A stretch of DNA of 64,000 bases from Vicinamibacterales bacterium (lineage in GTDB: Bacteria; Acidobacteriota; Vicinamibacteria; Vicinamibacterales; UBA8438): assembly GCA_965262985.1 (NCBI GenBank), contig OZ253576.1, forward strand, positions 3,209,213-3,273,212, given 5' to 3'. Made by a program: the position numbers and the translations under genes. Shown here piece after piece: positions 47,107-57,717 of the stretch. The notes beneath the pieces were generated by a model. The model did no database searches and was not told the DNA's origin. It saw nothing but the letters and a program-made list of their open reading frames with translations. Position 1 is the stretch's first letter, and each line of letters starts with the position of its first letter.

Positions 47107-47832
47107 TCAACCCGACCGACTTCTCACCGGCCCGCTAGCAACCCGTGGCGCACGCCCCGCTGATGCCTGCGATCTGATGCGGCTGATCGCCGGGTGCCCG
47201 GCGATCAACCGCATCGCGTGTCCGAGCAGCGTCTTGCCCGGTTCCATTCGCGGCCAGGGAGAGGCTCCCGACGGATGCGGCAGCGGGACGAGATCCATCT
47301 CGCGACCCGCGAACCTCACCCGAACCTGACGGCCGATCACCGCGGCGAGCGACGGGCACGCCAGAAAACGCTCGATGGCGAGTCTGCCGACCGGAATCAC
47401 GAGCTCGGGCTCGAGCAGGCGCACCTCGGCCTCGAGCCACCCCGCGCAGTTGTCTATTTCGTCCCGTGACGGCACCCGGTCGCCGCCCTGTGCCTTCTTG
47501 CCGGGAAAACAGCGGCACACGGCCGCCATATAGATCGAGGCCCGGAACGTCGCCTCGTCAATCCCGCAGGCGTCCTCGAACCAGCGGAACAAGGTCCGCC
47601 CCGCCGTCCAGGCGAAGGGGCGTCCGAGCCGCGGCTCCTTGTCACCGGGGGCCTGTCCCACGAGCAGCACCTTGCTGGCCACCGCCCCGCCGCTGACCAC
47701 GGGGCCCTGCATTCGCGGACAGCGGGTGCAGGCGCGCAGCTCGCGAACATGCCGTTCGAGCCGTGCGGTCAGCGCCGCCGATGAGACGGTGAAACCGGGG
47801 TTCACCTGACCGGATCCATCCGGTGTTGCCAT
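47107..47832 (-). CDS. uracil-DNA glycosylase superfamily protein (family 4/5-like)
   Basis: CTRCPRM.. LLVGQAPGDKE.. ..VPLPHPSGAS.. Confidence 0.75.
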   Translation of the reverse strand: MATPDGSGQVNPGFTVSSAALTARLERHVRELRACTRCPRMQGPVVSGGAVASKVLLVGQAPGDKEPRLGRPFAWTAGRTLFRWFEDACGIDEATFRASIYMAAVCRCFPGKKAQGGDRVPSRDEIDNCAGWLEAEVRLLEPELVIPVGRLAIERFLACPSLAAVIGRQVRVRFAGREMDLVPLPHPSGASPWPRMEPGKTLLGHAMRLIAGHPAISRIRSQASAGRAPRVASGPVRSRSG

Positions 47833-47847
47833 GTCCGAGTGCTGACG

Positions 47848-49404
47848 TTACCGGCTCGACCGCCGCGGCGCAGCCTGCAACTCGTCCAGATTCAGGGTGT
47901 TGGCCTGATCGATGATCTTCGCGAAGGCCCGCGCGACCGCCTCGAGCCCGGCGGCCGGCACGAGAGACGGAACATCGCCATCGGTGTGTTTGTGTTCCGG
48001 CGACCGGATGAGCTGCACGGACGGCGCGTCCTTGTCGATCGCCATCATCTCTCCGGTCGCACGACCGTCCATCTCGGCGATGACGCTGACCCCGAAAGTG
48101 CGATACGCATCGAGCGTGACGTCGAGCAACCGCTGGCTGCCGTGGACCCACCAGCGGCGCGGCGAGACGGTGGTCGTCAAGCGCAATTCGTTGTTGAAGG
48201 CGATGAACTGGGTCGGCGCGATGTGCTCGCAGTTGATCATCAGCGCCGTCCGATCGAGCAGACCCTGGTCCCGCAAGTACCGTGCGTTGGGCGATCCGAC
48301 GTGATGACCGGCGGTACCGATGAACGTGATGTTCCGGCGCCGCTCCGTCCGCGGCATGCGCGCAAAATGTTCGGCCAGTCCGATCATGACCGCCATGCCG
48401 GACGCGTTGTCGAGGGCGGCATCGTAGTACCCGTCCATGTGCGCCATCACGTAGATCGTCTCGCCGGTCGTCCCAGGCAGCGTGCCGTAAATGCTGGGGC
48501 TGGAGAGCTCCTCCCTGATTTCGGTCCGGGCGCGCGCCGAGATGGTGACCGGCTGCCCTGTCGCCACCAGATCGCGCAATGTACGGCCATCCTCGAAGCC
48601 CATGAAGAACCCCGGCGTGGCGACCTGCTGGTTGACGTAGCGCGATGTCCCGTCGTCGTTGCGCACCATCTGGAACGAATTCGTGCTCTGCCAGACGGCG
48701 AGGTTGCCGCCGTACCCCCAGATGCCGATGATCAGCGCGGCGCCCGCCTGCTCGGCCCGAATGGTCGCGCCCTCCCACGAGGCCGAGTTGCCCATCTGCC
48801 CCGGAGCCAGAATCGTCTGGATGATCACCGCCTTGCCGGCGACGTCTCGACCGGCGAAATCGGCGGCGGTCCCGAGCCCGACCCAGACCGCTTCAGCCTC
48901 GATGCCCTCGGGAAACGACCGCGACCCGGTGGCCGGATTCGCGGATGCAAAGCTGAGCTGCTGCCCCGCGCCGCTGGCAGTCAGGCTCCAGTCGAGCGGA
49001 AACCACTGCGGCCGCAGGTCGAAGTCGACGCGATGGATGTCCCGCATCCCCAACCGGCGGAAGTGCTGCTCGGTCCAGTCTGCCGCCATGACCTCGTACT
49101 TGGTGCCGGAAATGCGTCCCCAGAACCGATTGCCGTCATCGCGACTCTGCCGCGAAAACGCGACGACGTCGCGCAGCCACGCCTTCAACTGGCGCCCGTC
49201 GATGCTGGCGTAGGCCTGATCTGCGCCGGACAGCGCCCGGCGCAGATGGTCGTACGCGTCCTCGCGCACCTGACCATCGGCATCCACCAGCGGTTGCTGC
49301 TGCGCCTGGATGGCCGCCCCGGCCACGAGCACGACGAGTACCGCGAGACTGCCATGCCACCGACGCACACCCCCGAATCGTCGCGTCTTCATCGCCATGG
49401 CCAT
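47848..49404 (-). CDS. M28-family aminopeptidase with PA domain
   Basis: Signal peptide. ..IYVMAHMDGYYDAALDNASGMAVMIGLAEHF.. ..FIGTAGHH.. Confidence 0.7.
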   Translation of the reverse strand: MAMAMKTRRFGGVRRWHGSLAVLVVLVAGAAIQAQQQPLVDADGQVREDAYDHLRRALSGADQAYASIDGRQLKAWLRDVVAFSRQSRDDGNRFWGRISGTKYEVMAADWTEQHFRRLGMRDIHRVDFDLRPQWFPLDWSLTASGAGQQLSFASANPATGSRSFPEGIEAEAVWVGLGTAADFAGRDVAGKAVIIQTILAPGQMGNSASWEGATIRAEQAGAALIIGIWGYGGNLAVWQSTNSFQMVRNDDGTSRYVNQQVATPGFFMGFEDGRTLRDLVATGQPVTISARARTEIREELSSPSIYGTLPGTTGETIYVMAHMDGYYDAALDNASGMAVMIGLAEHFARMPRTERRRNITFIGTAGHHVGSPNARYLRDQGLLDRTALMINCEHIAPTQFIAFNNELRLTTTVSPRRWWVHGSQRLLDVTLDAYRTFGVSVIAEMDGRATGEMMAIDKDAPSVQLIRSPEHKHTDGDVPSLVPAAGLEAVARAFAKIIDQANTLNLDELQAAPRRSSR

Positions 49405-49756
49405 GTCCCTCTCAGTCTTCGTGCATCGAATGGCCGCACATTTCGACCACGCCGGTCGACACGGTTCCGACTCCGACGCCGCGCCATCCCCGGCGCGTCC
49501 CGGTGATCGGGCATCGTCCCGGTTCCGTGCGATTATACGCGCGGAATGGACCCGGTCGCAGTCCCTGGTGGAACCCCGCGTGGCGCCGGATCACGGGCCG
49601 GAGCATTCACCTCGGGCTGCGCGACGCACCTGCGGAAACTGGACCTCGAGTGGCGGCGGCGCCCGCCGAGCATCACGTCCGCGTACATGACAACGGCCCT
49701 CCGCACCATGTGGAGGGCCGTCGCCGGTCGAGTGCCTGTCGAGCGGATGACGCGCG

Positions 49757-50920
49757 TTACGCGATCATCACCGTGCGCGGGTGCTGGTTGTTCTGCTCGA
49801 GGAAGGTCTGCTTCACCTCGAGCTCCTCGGCCGTCGGCTGCATGTAGCCGCTAGTGTCGGTCGCCCGCGACGTCACCGTGTGCTCACCGGGGGTGGCGCC
49901 GTTCCAGTCGAAGTTGAAGAACTTCCAGGAGTACTTTTCGCTTGTGGACGGATCGAGAGTCGCCGGCTGCCACGGTCCATCGTCGATCCGAACCTCGACC
50001 GACTCGATCGGGGTGCCGTCGTGCATGATGACGCCGAACACCTTGTGCTGGTTCCCCATTCTGGTCACCCGCGCGACGTAGGACTTCAACCGCATCTTCG
50101 TGATCGCGGTCTCTTTCCACTTCATCTCGCCATTGACCATCTCGCCCTTGAGCGTGCGATACCAGCGCGCCTGATACTTGCCCAGGTACTGGTCTTCCTG
50201 CACATGGATCTCGGACAGGAACTTGACGTTCGGCGCGCCGTACCAGCCGGGCACCAGCAGCCGCAACGGCCTACCCTGATGAGCCGTCAGCAACTCGCCG
50301 TTGAGCTGGTACGCCAGCAACGGTTCGTCCGACAACGCGATGTCACGCTGCAGGCTGCGCCCGTACTGTTGATCGACTGTGGAGGTGCGCCCGCGGAACT
50401 CGACCTCTTCCTCGCCGTGGTCGGCGCCGAAGAACACGAACTCGCGCGCCCGGTCCTGTATGCCGGCCCGCTCGAGCACCGTACGCAACGGTACGCCGGT
50501 CCAGCGGCCGTTGCTCGACAGACCGTTGAGCGGACCGCGGTTGCCGGAGCACTCGAAGCCGAACACCAGTTCCCGGCTCGGCATGGCGCGCAGATCGGCC
50601 AGCGAGAGTTCGAGCGGCGTGTCGACCATCCCGGACACCCGCAGCCGGTAGGTGGCGCGGTCGACGTCCGGATGCCCGTAGTGCTGCGTCGTGAACCACT
50701 GGTCGGCGGGCGTGATCGGGCCGTCGATGTGACGTACGTCGATGATCCGCCGATCCGGCGTCCGCTCGAGGACGATCTCCTCTGGAAGGTCGGTGAATTC
50801 GACCAGGGTCTCGTTCTGGGCAAGCGCCGGAAAGGCCCACTCGGGCACCCCGAACACGCCAAGCCCGGCCATCGCAACGCCGCCCTTCAACACCTCACGA
50901 CGAGTCGTTTCTTTTGGCAT
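49757..50920 (-). CDS. sulfite-oxidase-family molybdopterin oxidoreductase (Tat-exported)
   Basis: TTRREVLKGGVAMAGLG Tat signal. ..FGFECSGNRG.. ..LLAYQLNGELLTAHQGRPLRLLVPGWYGAPNVKFL.. Confidence 0.8.
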   Translation of the reverse strand: MPKETTRREVLKGGVAMAGLGVFGVPEWAFPALAQNETLVEFTDLPEEIVLERTPDRRIIDVRHIDGPITPADQWFTTQHYGHPDVDRATYRLRVSGMVDTPLELSLADLRAMPSRELVFGFECSGNRGPLNGLSSNGRWTGVPLRTVLERAGIQDRAREFVFFGADHGEEEVEFRGRTSTVDQQYGRSLQRDIALSDEPLLAYQLNGELLTAHQGRPLRLLVPGWYGAPNVKFLSEIHVQEDQYLGKYQARWYRTLKGEMVNGEMKWKETAITKMRLKSYVARVTRMGNQHKVFGVIMHDGTPIESVEVRIDDGPWQPATLDPSTSEKYSWKFFNFDWNGATPGEHTVTSRATDTSGYMQPTAEELEVKQTFLEQNNQHPRTVMIA

Positions 50921-51036
50921 GATTGAATTCCCTTCGCATGCACGGCTCCGTCCAGGCCGCCGCCCGATCCATTGACATTATTAACCCGATCGCGGATTCG
51001 CCGGGCACGTTTTTTCGTACCGGCCGCGGCGCCCCT

Positions 51037-51945
51037 CTACGGCAGGGCGTCGTAGATGTCCTGGACGTAGACGGTGAGCCGCTCGGCCGGACCCTTGTCA
51101 TACCCGGAGAACCGGCTCGGCACCTCCCATCCGGCCACGAAGTCGGCGGGCGAGGTCCCGCCCGTCTTGGCCTCGCGCACGTTGTCGACGAATGCGGCGA
51201 CGAAGTCGGCGTACTCGCTCAGGTCGGCCGGCGTCATGACCGTGCTGTGACCGGTGATGATCCGGTCGACGTTGGTGATACCTGCCGACGCCTTGCGCAG
51301 CGTCTCGGGATAGTCGATGCCGCTGCCCCCGTTGTTGGCGTCCATGATCGGCACCATCTTGGCCGGAAAGGCGTCGCCGGAGTGCGCCACCCGTAGCGAC
51401 GGGAACACCACCCACGCATCGCCGCCGGTATGCGCCCGCCCAAAGTAATGCAGCTCGACGCGATCGGCGCCGTTGCCGAGCGTCAACGTGTCCGTGAACG
51501 TCCGCTCCGGTATGCCGACCCCGTTCTCGCCCTGGAACGGGCTCGGCCGGGCCGGCCGCCCCAGCCCGCGGACGGGGTTGTTCTCCCGCATCAGGCGCTG
51601 GGTGTTCTCGTGCGCGACGAATTCGACTGTCGCTGGAAACTCGACGCTGCCGTCGACGTGGTCGAAGTGCGCGTGGGTATTGATGATCGTCGTCACCGGC
51701 TGCGACGTCAGTTCGCCAATCTTGTCGATGAGCGGCTGCCCCCAACCCGCCAGTTTGGTATCGACCAGCACGACCCCGTCGCCGGTGACGAACGCGGCCG
51801 AATTGCCTCCGCCCCCGCGCAGCACGAACAGATTGTCTTCAAGGCGCTCGACCTCGACCGTCATCTCGCCACGCTGACCAGCCGCGCCGGCGACCGACAG
51901 GACTCCGACCAGGACCACCGCGCCGAGCATCACTACCCTTCTCAT
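51037..51945 (-). CDS. MBL-fold metallo-hydrolase
   Basis: Signal peptide. ..IINTHAHFDHVDG.. ..GHS.. Confidence 0.75.
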   Translation of the reverse strand: MRRVVMLGAVVLVGVLSVAGAAGQRGEMTVEVERLEDNLFVLRGGGGNSAAFVTGDGVVLVDTKLAGWGQPLIDKIGELTSQPVTTIINTHAHFDHVDGSVEFPATVEFVAHENTQRLMRENNPVRGLGRPARPSPFQGENGVGIPERTFTDTLTLGNGADRVELHYFGRAHTGGDAWVVFPSLRVAHSGDAFPAKMVPIMDANNGGSGIDYPETLRKASAGITNVDRIITGHSTVMTPADLSEYADFVAAFVDNVREAKTGGTSPADFVAGWEVPSRFSGYDKGPAERLTVYVQDIYDALP

Positions 51946-53039
51946 GTCATGCCTCCCGAAAAGAACACCCGTTGAATGAACCAGAACGCACCGGTCGCCA
52001 TCACCGCGATCGAACCGACGACCGCCACCCGGCGACCGGCCGCGTCGCTCCGGCGCCTGAGTGCCATCAGCGCCGCCGCCACGACGACGGCAACCGCGAG
52101 TTGCCCGATTTCCACGCCGAGATTGAACGAGAACAGCGACCAGCCGAGCGCTCCGCTCGGCAGGCCCATATCGCGCAAGACGCTGGCGAATCCGAAACCG
52201 TGGATCAACCCGAAGACCAGAGCGATCCAGACCCGCATGTCCCGGCCCCCGCGCACAAGCAGGTTATCGGCGCCAACGTAGACGATGCTCAATGCGATGA
52301 TGGGTTCGACGATGCCGCCCGGCGGCGAGACCACACCGAGCACCGCGAGCGCCAGGGTCACGCTGTGCGCAACGGTGAACGCGGTGACAACCAGCAACAT
52401 TCGCCGCAGGTCGCCGCCAAGCAGCAGGAGACCGATCAGAAACAGCAGATGGTCGGGGCCGATGAGAATATGGTGCACGCCTTGCGGCACGAACTTCTCG
52501 ATGACCGCCAGAGTGCCTTGCCGGCTGCCGACGAAGTACTCGGCGCTGGTGTCGTCGCCGCCGAGAATCGCCTGCGATGTCAGTTCGCCCTCGTCGTAGA
52601 AATTGACGAACGTCTGATGCGCCGGGTCATAGGGAAACAGGATGGCCGCCACGTCGACGACACCCGGTCCCCGTCCGAGGTCGACGCGTGTGCGGAGACT
52701 CACCGATTGCCGTTCGGGCAACGGCTGCGGGTCGGACCAGGTGTCGACGTCCAACGGGATGCCGTCGACGGCGACCTGTAACCGCTCGCGCAGCAGATCG
52801 ATCAGGCGCACGCTGCGGCCGCCCAGCCCCCCGGGGCGCAACACCCGATCGGGGGGCTGGATGCCCAGCACGTAGGCCACGTCGAAGGCGTGCACCACCA
52901 CTTCCAGATCGACGGTGGTCGACTGGATGCGAACGTCGATGAAGCTGAACGGCGCAGGGTGTGCCGAGACGCTGCCGGCCACCGCCAGCAGCGCGCCTGC
53001 CGCGACGGCCGCCCGCACCAGCTTCGCGTAGCGCCTCAT
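51942..53039 (-). CDS. HupE/UreJ-family membrane protein
   Basis: Start at MRRYAKLV. ..HILIGPDHLLFLIGLLLL.. ..GLIHGFGFA.. Its stop overlaps the MBL start (ATGA). Confidence 0.6.
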   Translation of the reverse strand: MRRYAKLVRAAVAAGALLAVAGSVSAHPAPFSFIDVRIQSTTVDLEVVVHAFDVAYVLGIQPPDRVLRPGGLGGRSVRLIDLLRERLQVAVDGIPLDVDTWSDPQPLPERQSVSLRTRVDLGRGPGVVDVAAILFPYDPAHQTFVNFYDEGELTSQAILGGDDTSAEYFVGSRQGTLAVIEKFVPQGVHHILIGPDHLLFLIGLLLLGGDLRRMLLVVTAFTVAHSVTLALAVLGVVSPPGGIVEPIIALSIVYVGADNLLVRGGRDMRVWIALVFGLIHGFGFASVLRDMGLPSGALGWSLFSFNLGVEIGQLAVAVVVAAALMALRRRSDAAGRRVAVVGSIAVMATGAFWFIQRVFFSGGMT

Positions 53040-53191
53040 GCGGTCAATGGTATCGCAGGCGATGCGTGCGCATGACGACCAGATCGGCGATTCGACGCGC
53101 AGCGCGATGGGGGCGCGTTCGCCGCGGGGCTGCGGCCAGGGGCTGCTACACTTGCCGAGGCGGGTTCCGTAATTGTGCGAAGGAGAGAGCG

Positions 53192-54460
53192 ATGCCTGGA
53201 GCGATGACACGCCGTGACGCGATACGGGGACTGGCGGCCCTGGCGCCAACCGCGCTGGCCGCGCGCCAGGTCAGCGCCGCTGTCCCGGCGAGCGCCGCCG
53301 GGCGGGCGGCCGCCCAGCCCGCCGACATCGGCCCCCTCAGCGCCGACGTTCTCCCCGGCGGGATCCGCTCCCGGTTCGTGGACAACATCAACGGGCTGCG
53401 GGTGCACGTCCTGGAGGCGGGGTTCGAGGGGCGGCGGCCGGGGCTGCTGCTGCTGCACGGGTTTCCCGAGCTCGCCTACAGTTGGCGGAACGTGATGGTG
53501 CCGCTGGCCGAGGCCGGGTACCACGTGTTCGCTCCCGACATCCGGGGATACGGGCGCACGACCGGATGGGATGACGACTATGACGGCGACCTCGACTCGT
53601 TCCGGCGGTTGAACGTCGTGCGCGACGCGCTCGGGCTCGTCTACGCCTTCGGATATCGCTCGGTCGGGGTCATCGGGCATGACTTCGGCTCGCCGATCGC
53701 CGCGTGGTGCGCCGTCGTACGCCCCGACGTCTTCACCTCGGTCGCGCTGATGAGCGCACCGTACGGGGGCACCGCGTCGCTGCCGTTCGACACGGCCGAC
53801 AACCCGCCCGAGCCCAGGGCCGCGGGACTCAACCTCCATGAGGAACTCGCCCGGCTCCCGCGCCCGCGCAAGCACTATCAGCGCTACTACACCACCCGCC
53901 CGGCCAACGAGAACATGTGGCGCGCCCCCCAGGGACTGCACGCATTCCTGCGTGGCTATTACCACTACAAGAGCGCCGATTGGGCCGACAACACGCCGTT
54001 CCGGCTTGCGGCGCGCAGCGCCGCCGTCATGGCCCAGATGCCCACCTACTACATCATGGATCTCGCCGACGGCATGGCCGAAACGGTCGCCAGGCATATG
54101 CCGAGCGCCGCCGAGATCGCGGCCAACACCTGGCTGCCGGACGACGATCTGGCGGTCTATGCCGGGGAATACGGGCGGACCGGCTTCCAGGGCGGATTGA
54201 ACCACTATCGGTCTGGAGGCATCGGCGCCGCCGAGATGCAACTCTTCGCGAACCGCACCATCGATCAGCCGTCCGTCTTCATCTCCGGCGCCAGCGACTG
54301 GGGCAGCTATCAGAGCCCGGGGGCGCTGGAACGGATGCAGAACGAGGCATGCACCGACATGCGGGCGGTGCACATGGTGGACGGCGCCGGTCACTGGGTG
54401 CAGCAGGAGCAACCCGCGGAAACGAGCCGCTTGTTGATCGAATTTCTGAAGACGGTGTGA
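53192..54460 (+). CDS. alpha/beta hydrolase (epoxide-hydrolase-like), Tat signal
   Basis: MPGAMTRRDAIRGLAALAP.. ..LLLLHGFPELAYSWRNVMVPLAEAGYHVFAPDIRGYGRT.. ..GHDFGSPIA.. Confidence 0.75.
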   Translation: MPGAMTRRDAIRGLAALAPTALAARQVSAAVPASAAGRAAAQPADIGPLSADVLPGGIRSRFVDNINGLRVHVLEAGFEGRRPGLLLLHGFPELAYSWRNVMVPLAEAGYHVFAPDIRGYGRTTGWDDDYDGDLDSFRRLNVVRDALGLVYAFGYRSVGVIGHDFGSPIAAWCAVVRPDVFTSVALMSAPYGGTASLPFDTADNPPEPRAAGLNLHEELARLPRPRKHYQRYYTTRPANENMWRAPQGLHAFLRGYYHYKSADWADNTPFRLAARSAAVMAQMPTYYIMDLADGMAETVARHMPSAAEIAANTWLPDDDLAVYAGEYGRTGFQGGLNHYRSGGIGAAEMQLFANRTIDQPSVFISGASDWGSYQSPGALERMQNEACTDMRAVHMVDGAGHWVQQEQPAETSRLLIEFLKTV

Positions 54461-54478
54461 ACCGACTGCGCGCGCGGT

Positions 54479-54931
54479 TCAGCTTCCCGGCTCGTCTTCG
54501 AGACGGTTCATGCGGCGGTCGAGCCCGCGGACCGCGATCTTCAGGAACTCGACCTCGCCCTCGACGTTGGTGTTGGGATCGCGCGACCGGTCCAGATTCT
54601 CATTGATCGACCCGACGGTCTCGACCACGTGACGGATCTCGCTCCTCGTCGCCTCGAAGAGCACCAGCGCGTGGCGCTTGGCTTCATCCGTCTTGACGTC
54701 GATCTTGGCGTCGAGCCGTTCGAGGCGGGCGCCGATCTGATCGAGACGCGTGTCGACCTCGTCGAGCTTCGTGAGGACCTGATCGCACCATGTGCCGACC
54801 CCATCGAGCTGCGTGGAGGCCTGGTCGAACCGTTTGTCGACCCCGTCAAGCCAAGTGGCCAGACGGCCGACCGAGGTATCCATCTTCCGATCCAGGGTCT
54901 GCAACGTGATTTCCGATTCGCGCTCTGCCAT
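54479..54931 (-). CDS. hypothetical coiled-coil protein with 14-residue repeats
   Basis: TWLDGVDKRFDQAS / TQLDGVGTWCDQVL / TKLDEVDTRLDQIG / ARLERLDAKIDVKT. Confidence 0.45.
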   Translation of the reverse strand: MAERESEITLQTLDRKMDTSVGRLATWLDGVDKRFDQASTQLDGVGTWCDQVLTKLDEVDTRLDQIGARLERLDAKIDVKTDEAKRHALVLFEATRSEIRHVVETVGSINENLDRSRDPNTNVEGEVEFLKIAVRGLDRRMNRLEDEPGS

Positions 54932-55094
54932 GCCAAGCCATCCAAGCAGAAAGCATGCCAACGACACATCGACGTGTCATAGGGACAACACGGCGTTCCG
55001 CACGCACGCGCTGCACACGGCCCAACCTGGATCGTACGCAGTTTCTTCAAACGGATGACAGGCGTAATCGCCGCCCCGTCCACGACTGGCGTGT

Positions 55095-55913
55095 TCAACG
55101 CCGACTGGTCACGCGCAGCCGTTCGATCTGCTGCACCGCCGCGTCAATCTGCATTTCGAGGATCTGCTCGCCATACGCGGCGGTCGACCGGCCTGGGTGC
55201 CCGCTGACGCCGTTGCCGTCCGGACCGGTGCCGCGCTCCATCCTGTCTCGACGCAGCTTTGATGGATCGAGAAAAAGGAAACTCGCGGTGTCGTGCATGC
55301 CGGCGTGGGACCCGACGTCCTCCTCCCGCTCGCCCTGTGCGATCAGCCACGCATCGCCGGGCCCCGGGTAGTAGTCCGTCAAGTGATGTACGCGGACCGG
55401 GGTCTGCCGCCACTCCTCATTCAGCCGCGCGGCCACGACAGCCTGCGAGTTCTGGTTGCCCCCGCTGTCGCCAAGCAACGCGATGTCGACGAAACCGTGC
55501 TGTCTCAGACTGCGCGCCGCGTACTCGAGCACCTGCTCGAACACCTCGGGCGGGGTCGTGATGGTGCCCGGAAAGCGCATGTGTCCTGTCGCCGGATCCA
55601 CGTTGCCCTCGGGGACATACGCCAGCACCGGCGCGACCAGTGCGTCGCCCAGTCGTGCGGCCACTTCACCCGCCTTGTGTCGGACGAGATAGTTGTGCTT
55701 GCCCAACACCATGTGCGGACCGTTCTGTTCCGTTCCTCCCGTCGGGATGATGATGGTCGTCACGCCGGCGGCCACACTGTCCCGCACTTCGGTCCAGGTC
55801 AGATCTTCGAGGAATACGGTGTCGGGGGTCTGGGCCGCAGACCCGCTCCAGGCGAGCACAGCGGCAACCAGTGCCATGGTTCCGATGACGGCCGGTGTAT
55901 CTGTCCTGGACAT
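55095..55913 (-). CDS. creatininase-family amidohydrolase
   Basis: ..TIIIPTGGTEQNGPHMVLGKHN.. ..GDSGGNQ.. ..HAGMHDTS.. Confidence 0.65.
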   Translation of the reverse strand: MSRTDTPAVIGTMALVAAVLAWSGSAAQTPDTVFLEDLTWTEVRDSVAAGVTTIIIPTGGTEQNGPHMVLGKHNYLVRHKAGEVAARLGDALVAPVLAYVPEGNVDPATGHMRFPGTITTPPEVFEQVLEYAARSLRQHGFVDIALLGDSGGNQNSQAVVAARLNEEWRQTPVRVHHLTDYYPGPGDAWLIAQGEREEDVGSHAGMHDTASFLFLDPSKLRRDRMERGTGPDGNGVSGHPGRSTAAYGEQILEMQIDAAVQQIERLRVTSRR

Positions 55914-56085
55914 GGGCCCTCCTGTCTCTCGACTTCGTGGATCCTACCGGACCGGCAGTACCGGGTGCAGCGTCACGCGACGCCGCACCGGCATCGCCGG
56001 CGAGGGGCGTATACTGGCGAGGGTGCCAGGCGGCGCCGCCACGACGGAGGCCTGCCAGCGTTATTTTTCCGCGTGAGAGGGAACC

Positions 56086-57066
56086 ATGATTCAGCGCAAG
56101 ATCGCCCTGCTGTCGACCGTGCTCGCACTCGTTTGCTTCGCATCGGCGGTATCCGCGGGTCAGCCCGCGTCTGCCGGGCGAGCACCCGACGGCTCTCCAG
56201 CGCCGCGCATGCCGTGGGGCGCGCCCGATCTGCAGGGCGTCTGGGACCACGGCACCGCGACGCCCCTCGAGCGGCCGGACCGCTACGAGGGCCGCGAGTT
56301 CCTCACCGCCGAGGAGATCGCCGAAGCGAACATCCAGGCCACCACCTTCGCCACGTCGGAGCGCCGCGGCGAGTTGAGCGCCGCGCGGGACGTCGGTCTG
56401 GCCTACAACCAGTTCTGGTGGGACCGGGGGCTCTCCGACGGCCGGACAGCGCTGATCGTCGATCCACCCGATGGCAAGATACCGGCGCGCACCTCCGCGG
56501 CGGTCGCACGGGCGGACGCGCGGCGCGCGGCGGCGCGGCCCCGCAACAACTCCGAGAACCCCGAAGACCGCGGTCTGTGGGAGCGCTGCCTGTCCCGCGG
56601 CACGGTCCGGCTTGGCGGCGCCTACAACAACAACTTCCAGATCTTCCAGAGCGAGACTCACGTCGCGATCCTGCTCGAGATGGTGCACGAGATGCGAATC
56701 ATCCCGCTCGATGGCGGGTCGGCATCCACGGACACGCCGCGCCAGTGGCTGGGCCGCTCGCACGGACGCTGGGAAGGCGATACGCTGGTTGTCGAGACCA
56801 GCCGCTTTTCCGGACAGGCCCCCTGGCGCGGCGCGGGTGAGAACCTGACGCTGGTCGAGCGGTTTTCGCGGCCGGAAGCCAACATTCTGCGCTATGAGGT
56901 CACCTTCGACGATCCCACGACCTGGGAACGCCCATGGACCGCCGCGCTCGATCTGCCGAAGACCGACGGTCTGATTTACGAGTACGCGTGCCACGAACGG
57001 AACTACGGCATGGAGAACCTGCTGCGGGGGGCGAGAGTGCAGGAACGGGACGCGGCGGCGCAATAG
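56086..57066 (+). CDS. exported hypothetical protein (paralog of 42600-43754)
   Basis: ..GRWEGDTLVVETSRF..LVERFSRPEANILRYEVTFDDPTTWERPW...LIYEYACHERNYGMENLLRGAR. Confidence 0.6.
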   Translation: MIQRKIALLSTVLALVCFASAVSAGQPASAGRAPDGSPAPRMPWGAPDLQGVWDHGTATPLERPDRYEGREFLTAEEIAEANIQATTFATSERRGELSAARDVGLAYNQFWWDRGLSDGRTALIVDPPDGKIPARTSAAVARADARRAAARPRNNSENPEDRGLWERCLSRGTVRLGGAYNNNFQIFQSETHVAILLEMVHEMRIIPLDGGSASTDTPRQWLGRSHGRWEGDTLVVETSRFSGQAPWRGAGENLTLVERFSRPEANILRYEVTFDDPTTWERPWTAALDLPKTDGLIYEYACHERNYGMENLLRGARVQERDAAAQ

Positions 57067-57226
57067 CGGCCACCCGCCGTCGCGCCAGCGGTCATAGCGG
57101 TGCACCGCCCGGTGCACGTTCGGGTCAGCCACGAGGTCCGGCCCGCACGTGCCGGCCGCCCGGGGCGCATGGCGACGCGCGGCGTGGTGCCGGCCTGCCC
57201 GGATTCTGCGATTTGTGGGAACACAC

Positions 57227-57622
57227 ATGAAGCGGGCCGTGGTCATCGCCGTCTTCCTGCTGATCGCGGCGGCGCAGCCGAACGACAACCGGCAGGGCAG
57301 CCAGACCACCGGCGGGTCCGGCATCCAGCTCGTACAGCAGTGCCGCCTCTATTTCGAATTCCTCGGCCGCACGGGCGCCGGTCGGGAGGAAGCGTTCGAA
57401 CGCGACCCGTTCGGCATGGGCTACTGCGCCGGATTGGTCCATGGCGTGGTCGACCTTGCCGCGACCCTGCTGCCGGGCCGCGTCTGTCTGCCGCCGGAAG
57501 CGACCGCCGCGCAAGCGGTCTGGGTCGTGGTGCGGTACCTGGAAGAGAATCCGCTGGCGCTGCCAGAGGAAGACACGGACCTCGTGCTGCGGGCGCTGGA
57601 AAACACCTACCGCTGTCCGTAG
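57227..57622 (+). CDS. Rap1a/Tai4-like periplasmic immunity-type protein
   Basis: Signal peptide MKRAVVIAVFLLIAAA. GYCAGLVHGVVD...VCLPPEATAAQAVWVVVRYLEENP....LVLRALENTYRCP. Confidence 0.5.
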   Translation: MKRAVVIAVFLLIAAAQPNDNRQGSQTTGGSGIQLVQQCRLYFEFLGRTGAGREEAFERDPFGMGYCAGLVHGVVDLAATLLPGRVCLPPEATAAQAVWVVVRYLEENPLALPEEDTDLVLRALENTYRCP

Positions 57623-57717
57623 CGACTACCCGCACAGGCTGCGCCCGCTGCCACGTGGCGGCAGGAGGTCAGGTGGGTGACCGATCCAGACTGCCTGGCG
57701 GCCGAGGAGACACATCG

